A stretch of 64,000 bases of DNA, from positions 1 through 64,000 of IMG/VR virus record IMGVR_UViG_3300032237_000561. One strand, given 5' to 3'. Origin of the DNA: a virus. Taxonomy: Duplodnaviria > Caudoviricetes. The translations under genes and the position numbers were made by a program. The notes beneath the pieces are model-generated. The model made no database searches, was not told the DNA's origin, and was given only the letters and a program-made list of their open reading frames with translations. Shown in pieces: positions 13,492 through 23,618 of this stretch; position 1 is the stretch's first letter; every line of letters starts with the position of its first letter.

Positions 13492-15809
13492 TGTTCGCGG
13501 CACGGGCGGCGTTCATGGCCGGGGGCACACCGCCGCCGACCTATGTCTCTGTCTCGCCGTCTGCGGGCAAGTCCGGGGACACGATCACCGTCACGGGCAC
13601 CAACTTCGTGACCGGCTCGACCACGGTCACCGTGGGAGGGTTGTCGGCGACCTCGGTGAACGTCACCAGCGACACGACCCTCACCTGCGCCGTGCCTTCG
13701 GGTCTTGCACAGGCCACCGCCTACGCCATCGCCATCACCACCCCCGGCGGAACCGCCACCAGCGGGTCGGTGTTCACCAACTACAACGCCCCGACCGTGA
13801 CCTCGTCGTCGCCGTCGAGCGGCCTGGCCGGTGCGACCCTGACCCTGGGCGGCACCAACTTCGTCTCCGGCGGCACCTCGGTGACGGTCGGCGGTTTGGC
13901 GGCGGGCAGCGTCAGCGTGTCATCGTCCATCGCCCTGACCTGCACGGTCCCTGCTGGCCTCAGCCCCGGCTCGACTTACAACATCGTCGCCACCACCACC
14001 GGCGGTTCGGGCACCCGCAGCGCGGCGTTCACCGCCTCCTACCCCGTACCGACCATCAGCAGCTTCTCGACCATCCCCAACGGTGGCAGCAGTGGATCGG
14101 TCACGATCACCGGCACCGGCTTCTACTCCGGGGCCACGGTCAGCGTCGGTGGCAACGCGGCGACCAGCGTCGTGGTCAACTCCACCACCTCCATCACCTG
14201 CACGTTCCCGGCCCTGGCGACCGGCACCTACACGGTGACAGTCACCTCGCTGGGCGGGACGAGCGCGGGGGTGTCCGCTTCCTACCCGGCACCGCCAGTG
14301 ACCCCCACGGTGTCCAGCGTCACGCCGTCGTCTACCTCCACGGCCAGCCAGACCTACACCGTCAACGGCACCGGGTTCAACGCCACCGGCTCTCTGGCGG
14401 TGCTCATCGACGGCGCGACCTACGCCACCGGAGTTTCCATCGCCAGCAACACCCAGGCGACGTTCACCTACGCCGCCGCAGCCGGTTCCCACTCGGTGGC
14501 GGTCTACAACTACTCGGGTGGCTGGTCGAACACCCTGGCAGGTGCGTTCACAACCTACAACGCGCCGACGTACAGCAGCGTCACCCCGTCCTCTGGTGTC
14601 AACGGGACAAGCCTTTCAGTTACCGGCAGCAACTTCATCGTCGGCGGCACCACCGCCACGGTCGGTGGTGTGGCGGCGACGTGTTCCGCAAGCTCGACCA
14701 CTGCTGCAACAGTCACCGTGCCGACAATTGCCGCTTCCGGCGCAAAAAGCATCACGCTCACCACCGTTGGCGGAACGGCGACGGGCACGAACGTCTACAC
14801 CCACACCGGGCCGCCGACATACTCAAGCCTGACCCCGACGAGTGGTTTTGTGGGTACGTCTGTAACGATCAGCGGTACGCAATTCACCGGAGCTACATCA
14901 GTCACATTCGGAGGCGTGGCGGCAAGTTTCTCAGTAGCAAGCGCGACAAGCATTACCGCCACCATCCCTTCGATTTCTGCCGGTGCTGCGAGCGTTGTTA
15001 TCACCACGCCTGGTGGTAGTGCAACTGGCACGAATGCGTTTACCGTCAATCAGCCTGCGCCGACACTTTCTGGTGTTTCGCCGACGAGCGGCCTGGCCGG
15101 GTCGTCGGCGACCCTGACGGGCACGAACTTCGTGGTGGGCGGGACAACCTGTAGCGTCAGCGGTACTGCTGCCACGATTTCGGTGTCGTCGTCAACTTCG
15201 GCGACGGTGACCATCCCGTCGATTGCCGCTGGAGCCAAGACGATCACCGTCACCACCTCCGGCGGCACCTCCGGATCGGTGGCGTTCACCGTTAACACGC
15301 CGCCTCCCCCCGCGCCGACATCCGGCGCGCCCAACCCCGCAAGCGGTATTACTGGAACAACTTTCTTCTTGACAGGAACCAACTTCACCGCGCCCGTATC
15401 GGTGACGGTGGGCGGCGTAGGGGCTTCGGTGACGGTCAACAGCACAACGAGCCTGACGGTCACCTGCCCCAACGCCGGTGCATCGGGGGCCAAGTCGGTC
15501 GTCGTGACCGCCTCGGGCGGCAGCGTGATAGCCGGAACATTCACCTTCACCGGAATCCCGGTGGTCAGCTCCATCAGCCCCGCATCCGGCAACTCGACCA
15601 CCGCGCTGACCATCAGCGGCTCGAACTTCGCCGGGTCGACGGCCTGCTCAATTGGTGGTGTCGGGGTGGTCAGCAGGGTCGTCGTGAATGACAGCACCAT
15701 CACCTGCAAAGCATCTTCTGGTGTCCCGACCGGGACGGGAAAACAGGCAACGGTGACCGGCCCCGGTGGTTCAGGCACCGGAGGCACCTTCCAGAAGACA
15801 GCTGGCTAG
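13491..15809 (+). CDS. Protein of nine tandem IPT/TIG Ig-like domains (fibre tip/adhesin)
   Basis: Nine copies of P[TV]..S..P.SG..G...T[IL]TG[TS]NF...V.VGG; translationally coupled (TGATG) to the collagen gene. Confidence 0.85.
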
Positions 15810-15817
15810 GACAAGAA

Positions 15818-15867
15818 CCTGTGATGCCCCTGGTGGGTGTCCTGAATAGACAGAAGGAGGACCCACC
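15818..15867 (+). promoter_or_regulatory. CCTGTG-N17-CCTGAA motif with SD-sequestering hairpin (putative late promoter)
   Basis: Same motif and spacing recur at 20397, 22571, 28570, 45284 and 62422(-). ggtgggt..cct pairs with agg-acccacc over the RBS. Confidence 0.6.
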
Positions 15868-15870
15868 CCG

Positions 15871-17751
15871 ATGCGCCGTGTTGTTTCTGCCCGCGAGCAG
15901 GTGGAGATGCTGTCCTGGTTTCGACAGGCTGCTCCTGGCGAATTTACCCCTGGTGCTGGGCTGCCGTTGTCTCCTAAGGCCACCCCGCCGCCTCGTATTC
16001 AGAACCCTGGTCCGGCAGCGATCCCGCAGCGCGCCCCGGAGAAGCCGCTGCCCGAAGGCGACTGGGTCTCGCACCCGGATTGGCGTAATGCCTCCGACGG
16101 CCTGGCGTTTTACTCTTCGGTCCGACCGCCGATATCCTCAGACGTGCCGCATCCCAGCGAGGTGCTGGACCCATCCAACCCTGATCACGTCGAACGCCGC
16201 GTCTACAAAGTCACCCACCCCAAGACCAAGTCCGTCACCGAATACCATTACCCATCATGGATCGACCAGGCCAAGGATTCCGCCGACCCGGTTAACGACC
16301 CGTGGGGCGTGCAGACCATGCCCGACAAGGTCATCCACTTCCCCAACGGCATCCCCAAGGGCGAAGACGGCAAGACTCTGACCACCAAGCGTGGAGTGCC
16401 GGTTGATAAGGACACCCGCTGGCGTAACCGCAATGGCATCGACATTTCCAACGCGCACGGCCAGCCGGACAACACCCCCGAGCAGTTGGTGCAGAACCGG
16501 GTTGGCCACGAGCAATCGGCCACCCCGGAGCAGCACGAGAACCGCACCTGGTACCGGGGTGCACACGAGGAAACCAAGAACCTCGCCGACAAGACCCACG
16601 GCGACCACGAGCGCGTGGTGCACACCGTGTCGGCATTCTCTCCCAAAACTGAGTGGGACGAGAACATGGAGAAGGCGTTCCACTGGACCCTGAACAACCG
16701 CCCCGGCGGCGTGGGGCCGGGCGAGGGGCAAGCCTCTGAACCGTCGGTGCCGGGAATGCAGTCCCCGGTCAGCAAGGCCAGGGACATCTACAACCTGCCC
16801 GACGGCGAGTTCCAGAAGGTCAACCAGGGTCCGAAAACCTCTTCGTTCGCCAACAACATTCTCGACGACACCCCGGAGCGGGAGCCGCGCCCTGGCGTTC
16901 CCGACGACCACGGCTTCTATCAACATCAGATCAATCCTCACACCGGTGAGCCGGACTGGCGACTGCACACCGACCAGGACACCACTGTCGACACCCACGA
17001 CGTGCGGATGGCCAATACTGCTCCGCAGCAGCCCGGCGAGTCTCGCGAGAGCTACATGGGAAGACTGCGTCAGCTGCGTTACGAGACCCCGCTTCAGTTC
17101 GGCGCGAAGATCACTATGCCCGCACCCCGGCAGCAGGATGGGGAGTCGCACGAGGATTACTTCAAGCGGCTCAGTGATTCGGGCTTTAGCCCGACCATGA
17201 AGGAAAACGGCAAGGTGCATCCGGGCAAGGGCAAGACTCTTTACCCCGGCTACGAGATGATGGCCCGCAGCAATTGGGAGGCCCGCCGTCGCCTGAACGC
17301 CGCCGAGGAAGACCCTCTGCGTCACCGCGTTCCTAAGCAGGGCCAGAGCGTCACCTGGGGGAAATTTAAGGACGACCTGGATGAGGCTAAGAATAAGCAC
17401 ATGCCGCAGCCCGGCGAGCCACTCAAGAGCTTCCCTGACGATCCCACCGGAGAAGCGGTGGAGCAGTGGATGTCGAGAAATCCGCTCAAAGAACCGATAC
17501 CGCGCTACCGACGCGATATACGCAACGACAAGGGCGAATCGTACTGGACCGACCCGCGTCGACCTGACCTCGGCGATATTCGGCAGGCACCAGGATACGG
17601 TTTCCAGCCCTCGCACATGCGGCGCAAGAGCTACATCGAAGAACTTCTTTTTTCGGTCTCAGACACGTTGCAGCGCACCGCATTTGTCGATGAGGTAACA
17701 GAAACCCGGCATGTGCTGGCCTGGGTGGAGAACCTTTTCGGGGAACGCTGA
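15871..17751 (+). CDS. Leader-bearing protein 1; DUF7178-like (remote helix-hairpin-helix glycosylase-like) domain
   Basis: N-terminus MRRVVSAREQVEMLSWFRQA. Motifs WYRGAH, SAFSP..W..N, GPKTSSFANNI, TVDTH and QSVTW recalled from this phage family. Confidence 0.6.
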   Translation: MRRVVSAREQVEMLSWFRQAAPGEFTPGAGLPLSPKATPPPRIQNPGPAAIPQRAPEKPLPEGDWVSHPDWRNASDGLAFYSSVRPPISSDVPHPSEVLDPSNPDHVERRVYKVTHPKTKSVTEYHYPSWIDQAKDSADPVNDPWGVQTMPDKVIHFPNGIPKGEDGKTLTTKRGVPVDKDTRWRNRNGIDISNAHGQPDNTPEQLVQNRVGHEQSATPEQHENRTWYRGAHEETKNLADKTHGDHERVVHTVSAFSPKTEWDENMEKAFHWTLNNRPGGVGPGEGQASEPSVPGMQSPVSKARDIYNLPDGEFQKVNQGPKTSSFANNILDDTPEREPRPGVPDDHGFYQHQINPHTGEPDWRLHTDQDTTVDTHDVRMANTAPQQPGESRESYMGRLRQLRYETPLQFGAKITMPAPRQQDGESHEDYFKRLSDSGFSPTMKENGKVHPGKGKTLYPGYEMMARSNWEARRRLNAAEEDPLRHRVPKQGQSVTWGKFKDDLDEAKNKHMPQPGEPLKSFPDDPTGEAVEQWMSRNPLKEPIPRYRRDIRNDKGESYWTDPRRPDLGDIRQAPGYGFQPSHMRRKSYIEELLFSVSDTLQRTAFVDEVTETRHVLAWVENLFGER

Positions 17752-20084
17752 TGGCCCGCCGGATCGTCACGGCCCGTGAGCAGGTGGAGATGCTGTCCCC
17801 CTGGCGGCGCGAGGCTCTTATCAAAGAGGCAAAATACCCGCAGGTGTGGAGCGGCAAAGCCCCCTACGGACACCTCCCTTCGGGTCGCGCCCGTAACCGG
17901 CCACCGTCGGTGCGCCGCGATGCCGATGATCCTAATTCGGAGATTATCGACCCGAGCGAGATTCGCTATGAAGAATATGGTGATTCGGTTTCGGCCTTCC
18001 ACCCCAATGGCGAGCATATGGGTAACTATTCATGGGAAGACGATGGCGATCACGCCCACATCGGTATCGCCCAGGTCGATCCCAGGTATCAAGCGCAGGG
18101 TGTTGCTGGTGGCATCATCGACCACATTCGCGAACATCACCAACCTGACCTCGCCCATTCTGGGTACCAGGGTAATGGCACACTAAGTTATCAGGGCCGT
18201 GCCGGTGCCCTGCGCGACTTGGGAAACACCGAAGAAGAACACAACGATTACTTCAACACCACCCCATACAACTACGGGGAGTCACAGCCAGCGCAATTTA
18301 GTCTAAGGGACCCTGGTGGTGGAAGGAAGATACCCACCAAAACCGATGCCCAGCAGCGGGCGCATGACGAGTTGGTGCGGCAGTTCGAGGAAGACAAGAA
18401 CCACCCGAATTTCACAGGACAGCGCAGCAACGGCTCTTACTCTGGTAACTCAGACATGGTTGACGAGTATGGCGACCGGCACGAGTATGGCCACGACTCC
18501 GACGGCAATTATGTCGGAATATCTGACGGCAACAAGGATTCCGACGGGTACAGCGAAGAGGGCTACAACAGCGGAGGCTACGACCGCGACGGCTATAACC
18601 ACGAAGGTCTCGATCAAGAGGGCCGTGACGAGTACGGGTTCTCTGGGAAAACGGGACTAGACCGGGACGGGAAAACGCGGCACGGGTATACCCCCGGAGA
18701 CGGTACAGCTCCTGAGGGCACGGTCCCGATGAGTCAGATGGCGGAATATGCCAGTTCCCGGCACATCGCTCCGACGATGTATGCCGTGCGGCACCCCGGT
18801 GAGGTCAGCCCACACTCTGGTGGCCACCACGTCGGCAACGGAGACACCCTGTATTCCTCGCTGGATCGGGCGCGTGAGGTGGCCTACCATCCCGATGACC
18901 CCAGCAAGGACAAGAATATCGTCAGCGTCAATCACCTCGACCCCGATTATTTGCACACCGACGCAACAGGGTCGAGTCCTTGGGACTTTCACTATGCCCC
19001 CGTGTCGCCAATGTGGGATGCCGAAGATACGGCCTCTACCCCGGCGAGCGTCGTCCACGACCCGCAACGCCATCAGCGCATCCTGGGCGACCTGGGGCAT
19101 GGCTGGAGCCAGAGCACCGAGTCGCCCCTGAGCGAGAACTCGGGATTTGAATACACCGACCCAAACAGCGGTCGCACTGGCCGCATGTACCAGGAGCGCA
19201 ACGGAACCTGGGCCACACAGCATGAGCCACTGTTTGGTGCCCGCAGGCAAAACCGATACGACAACCACCGCGATGCCGCTAACGCCATCCGCGAAGGAAC
19301 CCAGCCCGGCCCCACAATGGACCAGCACGCCCTGGAGGTCAACAATAACTACGAGGCCACAGGGGGAGGCAATGTGGACTGGGACCCGCATCCCAATGGT
19401 GGGGGACTCATGGCGAGAACACCTCACGGCGACCTGCATCTGACCCAAGACCCCAATACGGGATACTGGAACTACCACGCCGGGCCGCACGGTTCCCAGC
19501 CCGGCGACGAGGGCGGCATAAGAAGCCCGATTCCTGAAAACAGCCCAACCCGCGCCGCCGCATACGGCATTCAGTCCATCACCCGTCGCCCATTTCACGG
19601 CGGTCTGGCCGACGAACTTGGCGACGGGTGGGGGCCGCACCCATCGTCAGTAGGGGGCTATGCGCGGCGGCTGCCGTCGGGCAATCATGCGTTTGTGAGG
19701 AAAAACGACGACGGGACCTACAATTCGGGTATTCAACGAGACAACGGCTGGGGCCAGCCATACGGACGGCCAACAGTTAATCGGGACAGCCCAGACCTTG
19801 CCCAAGCGAAGGAATTCATCCATCACCGCGAAAATCCTGTTCCGGCCAGTGAACTAGGAAAGGGGTGGGAAGATGAAGACGGGGGGCCTCGGTCATTCCC
19901 TGTCTACACCCAACAAGGTTATCATCCCTCTGGGGCCAATGCCATTGTCGCCTGGAGCAATCAGGGTGGCTGGAGACCTGGCGTGTATCACCAGGGAAAA
20001 TCGTATAACTCTCCTTTACACAAGACTCCCCATGAAGCTGCCAATTGGGCCAACAACCTCATGGATGACCTCGGTAACAAATAA
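17751..20084 (+). CDS. Leader-bearing protein 2; GNAT acetyltransferase + acidic pentapeptide repeats + repeated small domains
   Basis: N-terminus MARRIVTAREQVEMLSPWRREA. Acetyl-CoA motif A VDPRYQAQGVAGGII. GY[DNS]xx repeats at ~18460-18690. Three LGxGW-initiated modules. Confidence 0.7.
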   Translation: MARRIVTAREQVEMLSPWRREALIKEAKYPQVWSGKAPYGHLPSGRARNRPPSVRRDADDPNSEIIDPSEIRYEEYGDSVSAFHPNGEHMGNYSWEDDGDHAHIGIAQVDPRYQAQGVAGGIIDHIREHHQPDLAHSGYQGNGTLSYQGRAGALRDLGNTEEEHNDYFNTTPYNYGESQPAQFSLRDPGGGRKIPTKTDAQQRAHDELVRQFEEDKNHPNFTGQRSNGSYSGNSDMVDEYGDRHEYGHDSDGNYVGISDGNKDSDGYSEEGYNSGGYDRDGYNHEGLDQEGRDEYGFSGKTGLDRDGKTRHGYTPGDGTAPEGTVPMSQMAEYASSRHIAPTMYAVRHPGEVSPHSGGHHVGNGDTLYSSLDRAREVAYHPDDPSKDKNIVSVNHLDPDYLHTDATGSSPWDFHYAPVSPMWDAEDTASTPASVVHDPQRHQRILGDLGHGWSQSTESPLSENSGFEYTDPNSGRTGRMYQERNGTWATQHEPLFGARRQNRYDNHRDAANAIREGTQPGPTMDQHALEVNNNYEATGGGNVDWDPHPNGGGLMARTPHGDLHLTQDPNTGYWNYHAGPHGSQPGDEGGIRSPIPENSPTRAAAYGIQSITRRPFHGGLADELGDGWGPHPSSVGGYARRLPSGNHAFVRKNDDGTYNSGIQRDNGWGQPYGRPTVNRDSPDLAQAKEFIHHRENPVPASELGKGWEDEDGGPRSFPVYTQQGYHPSGANAIVAWSNQGGWRPGVYHQGKSYNSPLHKTPHEAANWANNLMDDLGNK

Positions 20085-20150
20085 CCTGTAGCTTAGTTAT
20101 AGTGTGCTATAGTGGACATTGAAGATAACCCACACACAGAAAGGTTTCCC

Positions 20151-20396
20151 GTGGAACCCAAGATTGTCGGCCCCTTCTCCCCCACAGAAGGTTCCAATAC
20201 TCGTATCCTCAAGATGGTCCAGGGCGACCAAGTTCTCGGGGAACTCTTCTACTACCAATCCACCGGCACCGTTGTGCATGTAAGACCCGGCAAGGGGCCG
20301 GTCCACGACCGGCTCGTTCAGGAAGCCAAGGGTCGCGGGCTGCTGCACGGCAAAGACATCCCCGATCATCTCCAACACGACCAAGAGCAACGGTAA
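20151..20396 (+). CDS. Hypothetical protein (81 aa)
   Basis: GAAAGG RBS before GTG 20151; extended -10-like TGCTATAGT at 20105-20113. Confidence 0.55.
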   Translation: MEPKIVGPFSPTEGSNTRILKMVQGDQVLGELFYYQSTGTVVHVRPGKGPVHDRLVQEAKGRGLLHGKDIPDHLQHDQEQR

Positions 20397-20440
20397 CCTG
20401 CCACCCACTCCCTGACCGCCTCTAATACTTAGAGGAGGTC
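20397..20440 (+). promoter_or_regulatory. CCTGCC-N17-CTCTAA motif with SD-sequestering hairpin
   Basis: gacc-g-cctctaa TAC ttagagg-a-ggtc (20414-20440) pairs over GAGGAGG. Confidence 0.6.
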
Positions 20441-20450
20441 TTCTTTCGTC

Positions 20451-21422
20451 ATGTCCCGCCGTATCGTCACTGCTCGCGAGCGGGTCGAGATGCTGTCGCC
20501 GTGGCGTACCGCCGAGCGGGCCGACAGGTTTGAGTGGGAACGCAGCTTCGACGGCCCCGGCGGCTGGATTCTCGTCACCCGGACCCCGGACGGCAACCCT
20601 GTCACGATCAGGACCGAGCCGACCAGGGGACAGCGTAGTGCCGCATTAGGGTCTGACAGGCCCACTACCGCAATCAACATTAACGACACCCACCAGGACT
20701 ACACCGGACAGATTCTGCGCGGCGAGAAGACCGTTGAGACCCGCAACACCAACTCGCTAAGGCCGTTGATAGGCGGCAGGTACGGAATCTCTCGCACCCA
20801 CGACAGCCGCAAGGTTCCGGCAATGGTGGTCGGCTACGCCACCCTCGGCGAGCCGAAGCTGTACGAGAACGCCGAAGACTTTGATGCCGACTACGACCTT
20901 CACCAGGTCGGCACAGATTCCCCGCACCACTTCAATAAGAGCCACACCGGGGTTAAGTTCGGCTACCCGCTGCACGACGTAGAGCAGGAGCCAGAACCGT
21001 TCCCGCCAGGACCGGGCAATCAGAAGTGGCGGTCGATCACCGCCATCCAGCAGCCCCCTGAGGGCCTGAACTTCCAGCACTGGGCGACCAACAAGCAGAT
21101 CGCCGATCACTTCGGTCGGTTCAATATGCCGATCATCGCCCCGGCGGTCACCGCTCATCTCAACGGCGAGATGGTCGGGTCGGTGGAATGGCACCCACAT
21201 TACGACAATGCCCCCGACCGGCGGGGCGAGGTCTCGATGATCAACGTCCCAGATAAGCACCAACGAAAGGGGATCGGGACCGCCCTGTACGACTGGGCGC
21301 GCACCAACGTGGAGCCGAACCTGCACCACTCACCGTTCCAGAGTTACGACGGCGAGGCGTGGGCCGCTGCCGAGGAGGACCGGCAGCACGAACCGTCTTA
21401 CCACACTTCCGCACTGTTTTGA
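20451..21422 (+). CDS. Leader-bearing protein 3; ASCH domain + GNAT acetyltransferase
   Basis: N-terminus MSRRIVTARERVEMLSPWRTA. ASCH signature ILRGEKTVETR. GNAT motif A VPDKHQRKGIGTALYD. Confidence 0.8.
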   Translation: MSRRIVTARERVEMLSPWRTAERADRFEWERSFDGPGGWILVTRTPDGNPVTIRTEPTRGQRSAALGSDRPTTAININDTHQDYTGQILRGEKTVETRNTNSLRPLIGGRYGISRTHDSRKVPAMVVGYATLGEPKLYENAEDFDADYDLHQVGTDSPHHFNKSHTGVKFGYPLHDVEQEPEPFPPGPGNQKWRSITAIQQPPEGLNFQHWATNKQIADHFGRFNMPIIAPAVTAHLNGEMVGSVEWHPHYDNAPDRRGEVSMINVPDKHQRKGIGTALYDWARTNVEPNLHHSPFQSYDGEAWAAAEEDRQHEPSYHTSALF

Positions 21423-21616
21423 TAAGGGGAATCGTATTGAATTTCGAAGCTATTGCCAGCGTGGTCATCATCACAGGATGGGCCTGTTTGTTCGGTTACG
21501 TCCTGACCGGATTACGTGAAGAGGAAGAGATGTCAAACCCCCCGGTTCCCTCACCAAGAGGTGAGGGCCGGTGCCGTCGGCTCCTCACCACCGCTAGAAA
21601 TCTAGGAGCACAATTT

Positions 21617-21988
21617 ATGTCAGTTCTCGATGACGCACTGGCCCGCTTCACCTCGTTCGTTACGAGCGTGGTGGCCCAACTCAAGGCAGCCGGTGAGACC
21701 AACGGGACGCAGACCGGCAAGCTCGCCGAGCTGCAGTCAGCCCTGGATACCGCCCTGGCTGATGACAATGCCGACAAGGCCGCTATCGCCGCCCTGCAGG
21801 ACGAGGTCAACACCTTGCAGGATTCGGTGGCCGCACAGATCAACGCCGCTATCGACAGCCTCCAAAACCCCCCGGCTGATGTGGTCGCCCCCGACCCCGT
21901 CGCTGTTAACGCTCCGGTCGTGGACGTTCCTGTGGCCGAAGACACCACCACACCAGTCGACCAGACCGGTGACACTCCCGTAGAGTAG
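21617..21988 (+). CDS. Coiled-coil protein with acidic/Pro tail; possible in-frame TM extension from TTG 21437
   Basis: AGGAG RBS before ATG 21617; heptad pattern LAELQSALD...IAALQDEVNTLQDSV. Confidence 0.65.
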   Translation: MSVLDDALARFTSFVTSVVAQLKAAGETNGTQTGKLAELQSALDTALADDNADKAAIAALQDEVNTLQDSVAAQINAAIDSLQNPPADVVAPDPVAVNAPVVDVPVAEDTTTPVDQTGDTPVE

Positions 21989-22342
21989 TCCTCGGGATCA
22001 CCTGGGTGGGTGATTTTCCTCCAGTGGGTGGAGGTGGGGAGGATTGAGCAGCGGAATGCTTTGGCGGACCGTCCTCTCCTCCCCTGGAAGCGGGCCTGTT
22101 TTTCCACTGAGCAGGCCCGCTTCCGCTATTTCAGGGACTATTGTCCTTTGTGGCCTGGGGAAAAGCGATTACTGTCGGAAAGTGTTACACCAATACCCCG
22201 GTCCTCGGTGGTCTTGTCAACAGTGCGAATGGACGATGAACACTCCGCAAGTGCGGGGTTGTTGCATGTATATCGTCTTTCAACGACAATAAAGTTATAG
22301 AGGGGTTGCAGAAACCCCCCTGACAGAAGTGGAGAGTCCGGC

Positions 22343-22561
22343 ATGAACACCTACCTGGTGACGCTGGCCGACCGCGAGACCGGCAAAGATCAGCGAATTT
22401 TAGTTCAGTCTCGGAACGACGACAACATGCAGGAGTTCGTCGATTCCGACGAAGTCCTCCCGACCCTGCTGCTGAAGAACCCAGTGGTGGTCGCCATCCA
22501 TCAGCTTCGCGTCAAGCGGCCCCCGCTGCATACCGTGATGCCGACTCTGATTCGGGGATAA
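22343..22561 (+). CDS. Hypothetical protein (72 aa)
   Basis: GGAG RBS, ATG start, phage-like codon usage. Confidence 0.55.
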   Translation: MNTYLVTLADRETGKDQRILVQSRNDDNMQEFVDSDEVLPTLLLKNPVVVAIHQLRVKRPPLHTVMPTLIRG

Positions 22562-22570
22562 TTCCCGGAC

Positions 22571-22639
22571 CCTGTGGTCGGGGTCGCTAGGCTCCTGAAC
22601 AGGTGAGGGGGTTGTCCCCTCCCTAGTGAAGGAGCCTAG
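22571..22639 (+). promoter_or_regulatory. CCTGTG-N17-CCTGAA motif with perfect 10-bp anti-SD stem
   Basis: ctaggctcct (22587-22596) is the reverse complement of aggagcctag (22630-22639), which contains the RBS of the 22641 gene. Confidence 0.65.
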
Positions 22640-22640
22640 T

Positions 22641-23306
22641 ATGACCACTTCCACCCAAGAAGCGCGCAAGTCGCTGCGCGAGCTGCGGGAATCGACCGGA
22701 ACGCTGTTCGCTAAGAACAACACTTCCACCAAGATCACCTGCAACACCGACAGCGTCAGCTTTGAGCTGGAGCCTGCCGGATACGACGACTCGATCCGCA
22801 TCGTGCCCAAGGAGTGCCTGAACGTCCCCGGCTTCCAGCGTCTCTGGATGCGGAACGCCGTCTCGATCTCCGATGACGACAAGATGGAGAACGAGATCAC
22901 CCTCCTCATGGGTGGCCAGGTTGCCTACACCCCCAAGGTGTATACCGTCGACAAGGACGGTGCCGCCATCGAGGTCGAGGCTGAGATGACCGAGAACCCG
23001 GCCAGCCGGGACATCGTCATGAAGGAGTCCGGCGATCCGACCGGGCGCGACTACACGATCCAGACCGAGCAGCGGTGCATCGTCTCCGGTCAGCCGGTCT
23101 ACATGACCCAGAAGCAGATCGACGAGGGCGAGCCGCCCCTGCACCCGGACTACGCCTTCGAGCGTTCTCGGATCGTGTCCACCCCGTCGCCCGACGGCAC
23201 CTGGAGCCATCAGCTGGTCCAGATCGAAACGGTCGCCAAGCCCGCGCCTGCGGCCAAAAAGACCCCTGCCAAGAAAGTCGCTCCCCGTAAGAGCACCGGC
23301 AGCTAG
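22641..23306 (+). CDS. Hypothetical head-region protein with Lys/Ala-rich tail
   Basis: Strong RBS and codon bias; ends PAAKKTPAKKVAPRK. Confidence 0.75.
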   Translation: MTTSTQEARKSLRELRESTGTLFAKNNTSTKITCNTDSVSFELEPAGYDDSIRIVPKECLNVPGFQRLWMRNAVSISDDDKMENEITLLMGGQVAYTPKVYTVDKDGAAIEVEAEMTENPASRDIVMKESGDPTGRDYTIQTEQRCIVSGQPVYMTQKQIDEGEPPLHPDYAFERSRIVSTPSPDGTWSHQLVQIETVAKPAPAAKKTPAKKVAPRKSTGS

Positions 23307-23320
23307 GAGAGAAGGAAGAT

Positions 23321-23602
23321 ATGACCAACCCCAGCCCGTTCGCGGACTCGATCTACGCCCAGCCGGGACTGACGCATCTGGTTCGCCAGTACGACAGCAA
23401 CCCCGGACGCGGTGAGTCCTACCTGTCGGCAATCGCGACCCCGTCCTGTGCGGCGTACTACGCCGAGTACGTCTCGGACCAGGCATCGCACGCGGTGGGT
23501 GTCCAGAACCCCAGCACCACGCGCGCGGAGATGACCTCACACGCTGACGCTTACGTGAACTTCTTCGACTCCACGTCGATTCAGCGCAACTACACAGGCT
23601 AG
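23321..23602 (+). CDS. Small hypothetical virion protein
   Basis: 93 aa ORF with RBS, within the structural operon. Confidence 0.65.
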   Translation: MTNPSPFADSIYAQPGLTHLVRQYDSNPGRGESYLSAIATPSCAAYYAEYVSDQASHAVGVQNPSTTRAEMTSHADAYVNFFDSTSIQRNYTG

Positions 23603-23618
23603 GCAGCAACGCTGTGAT

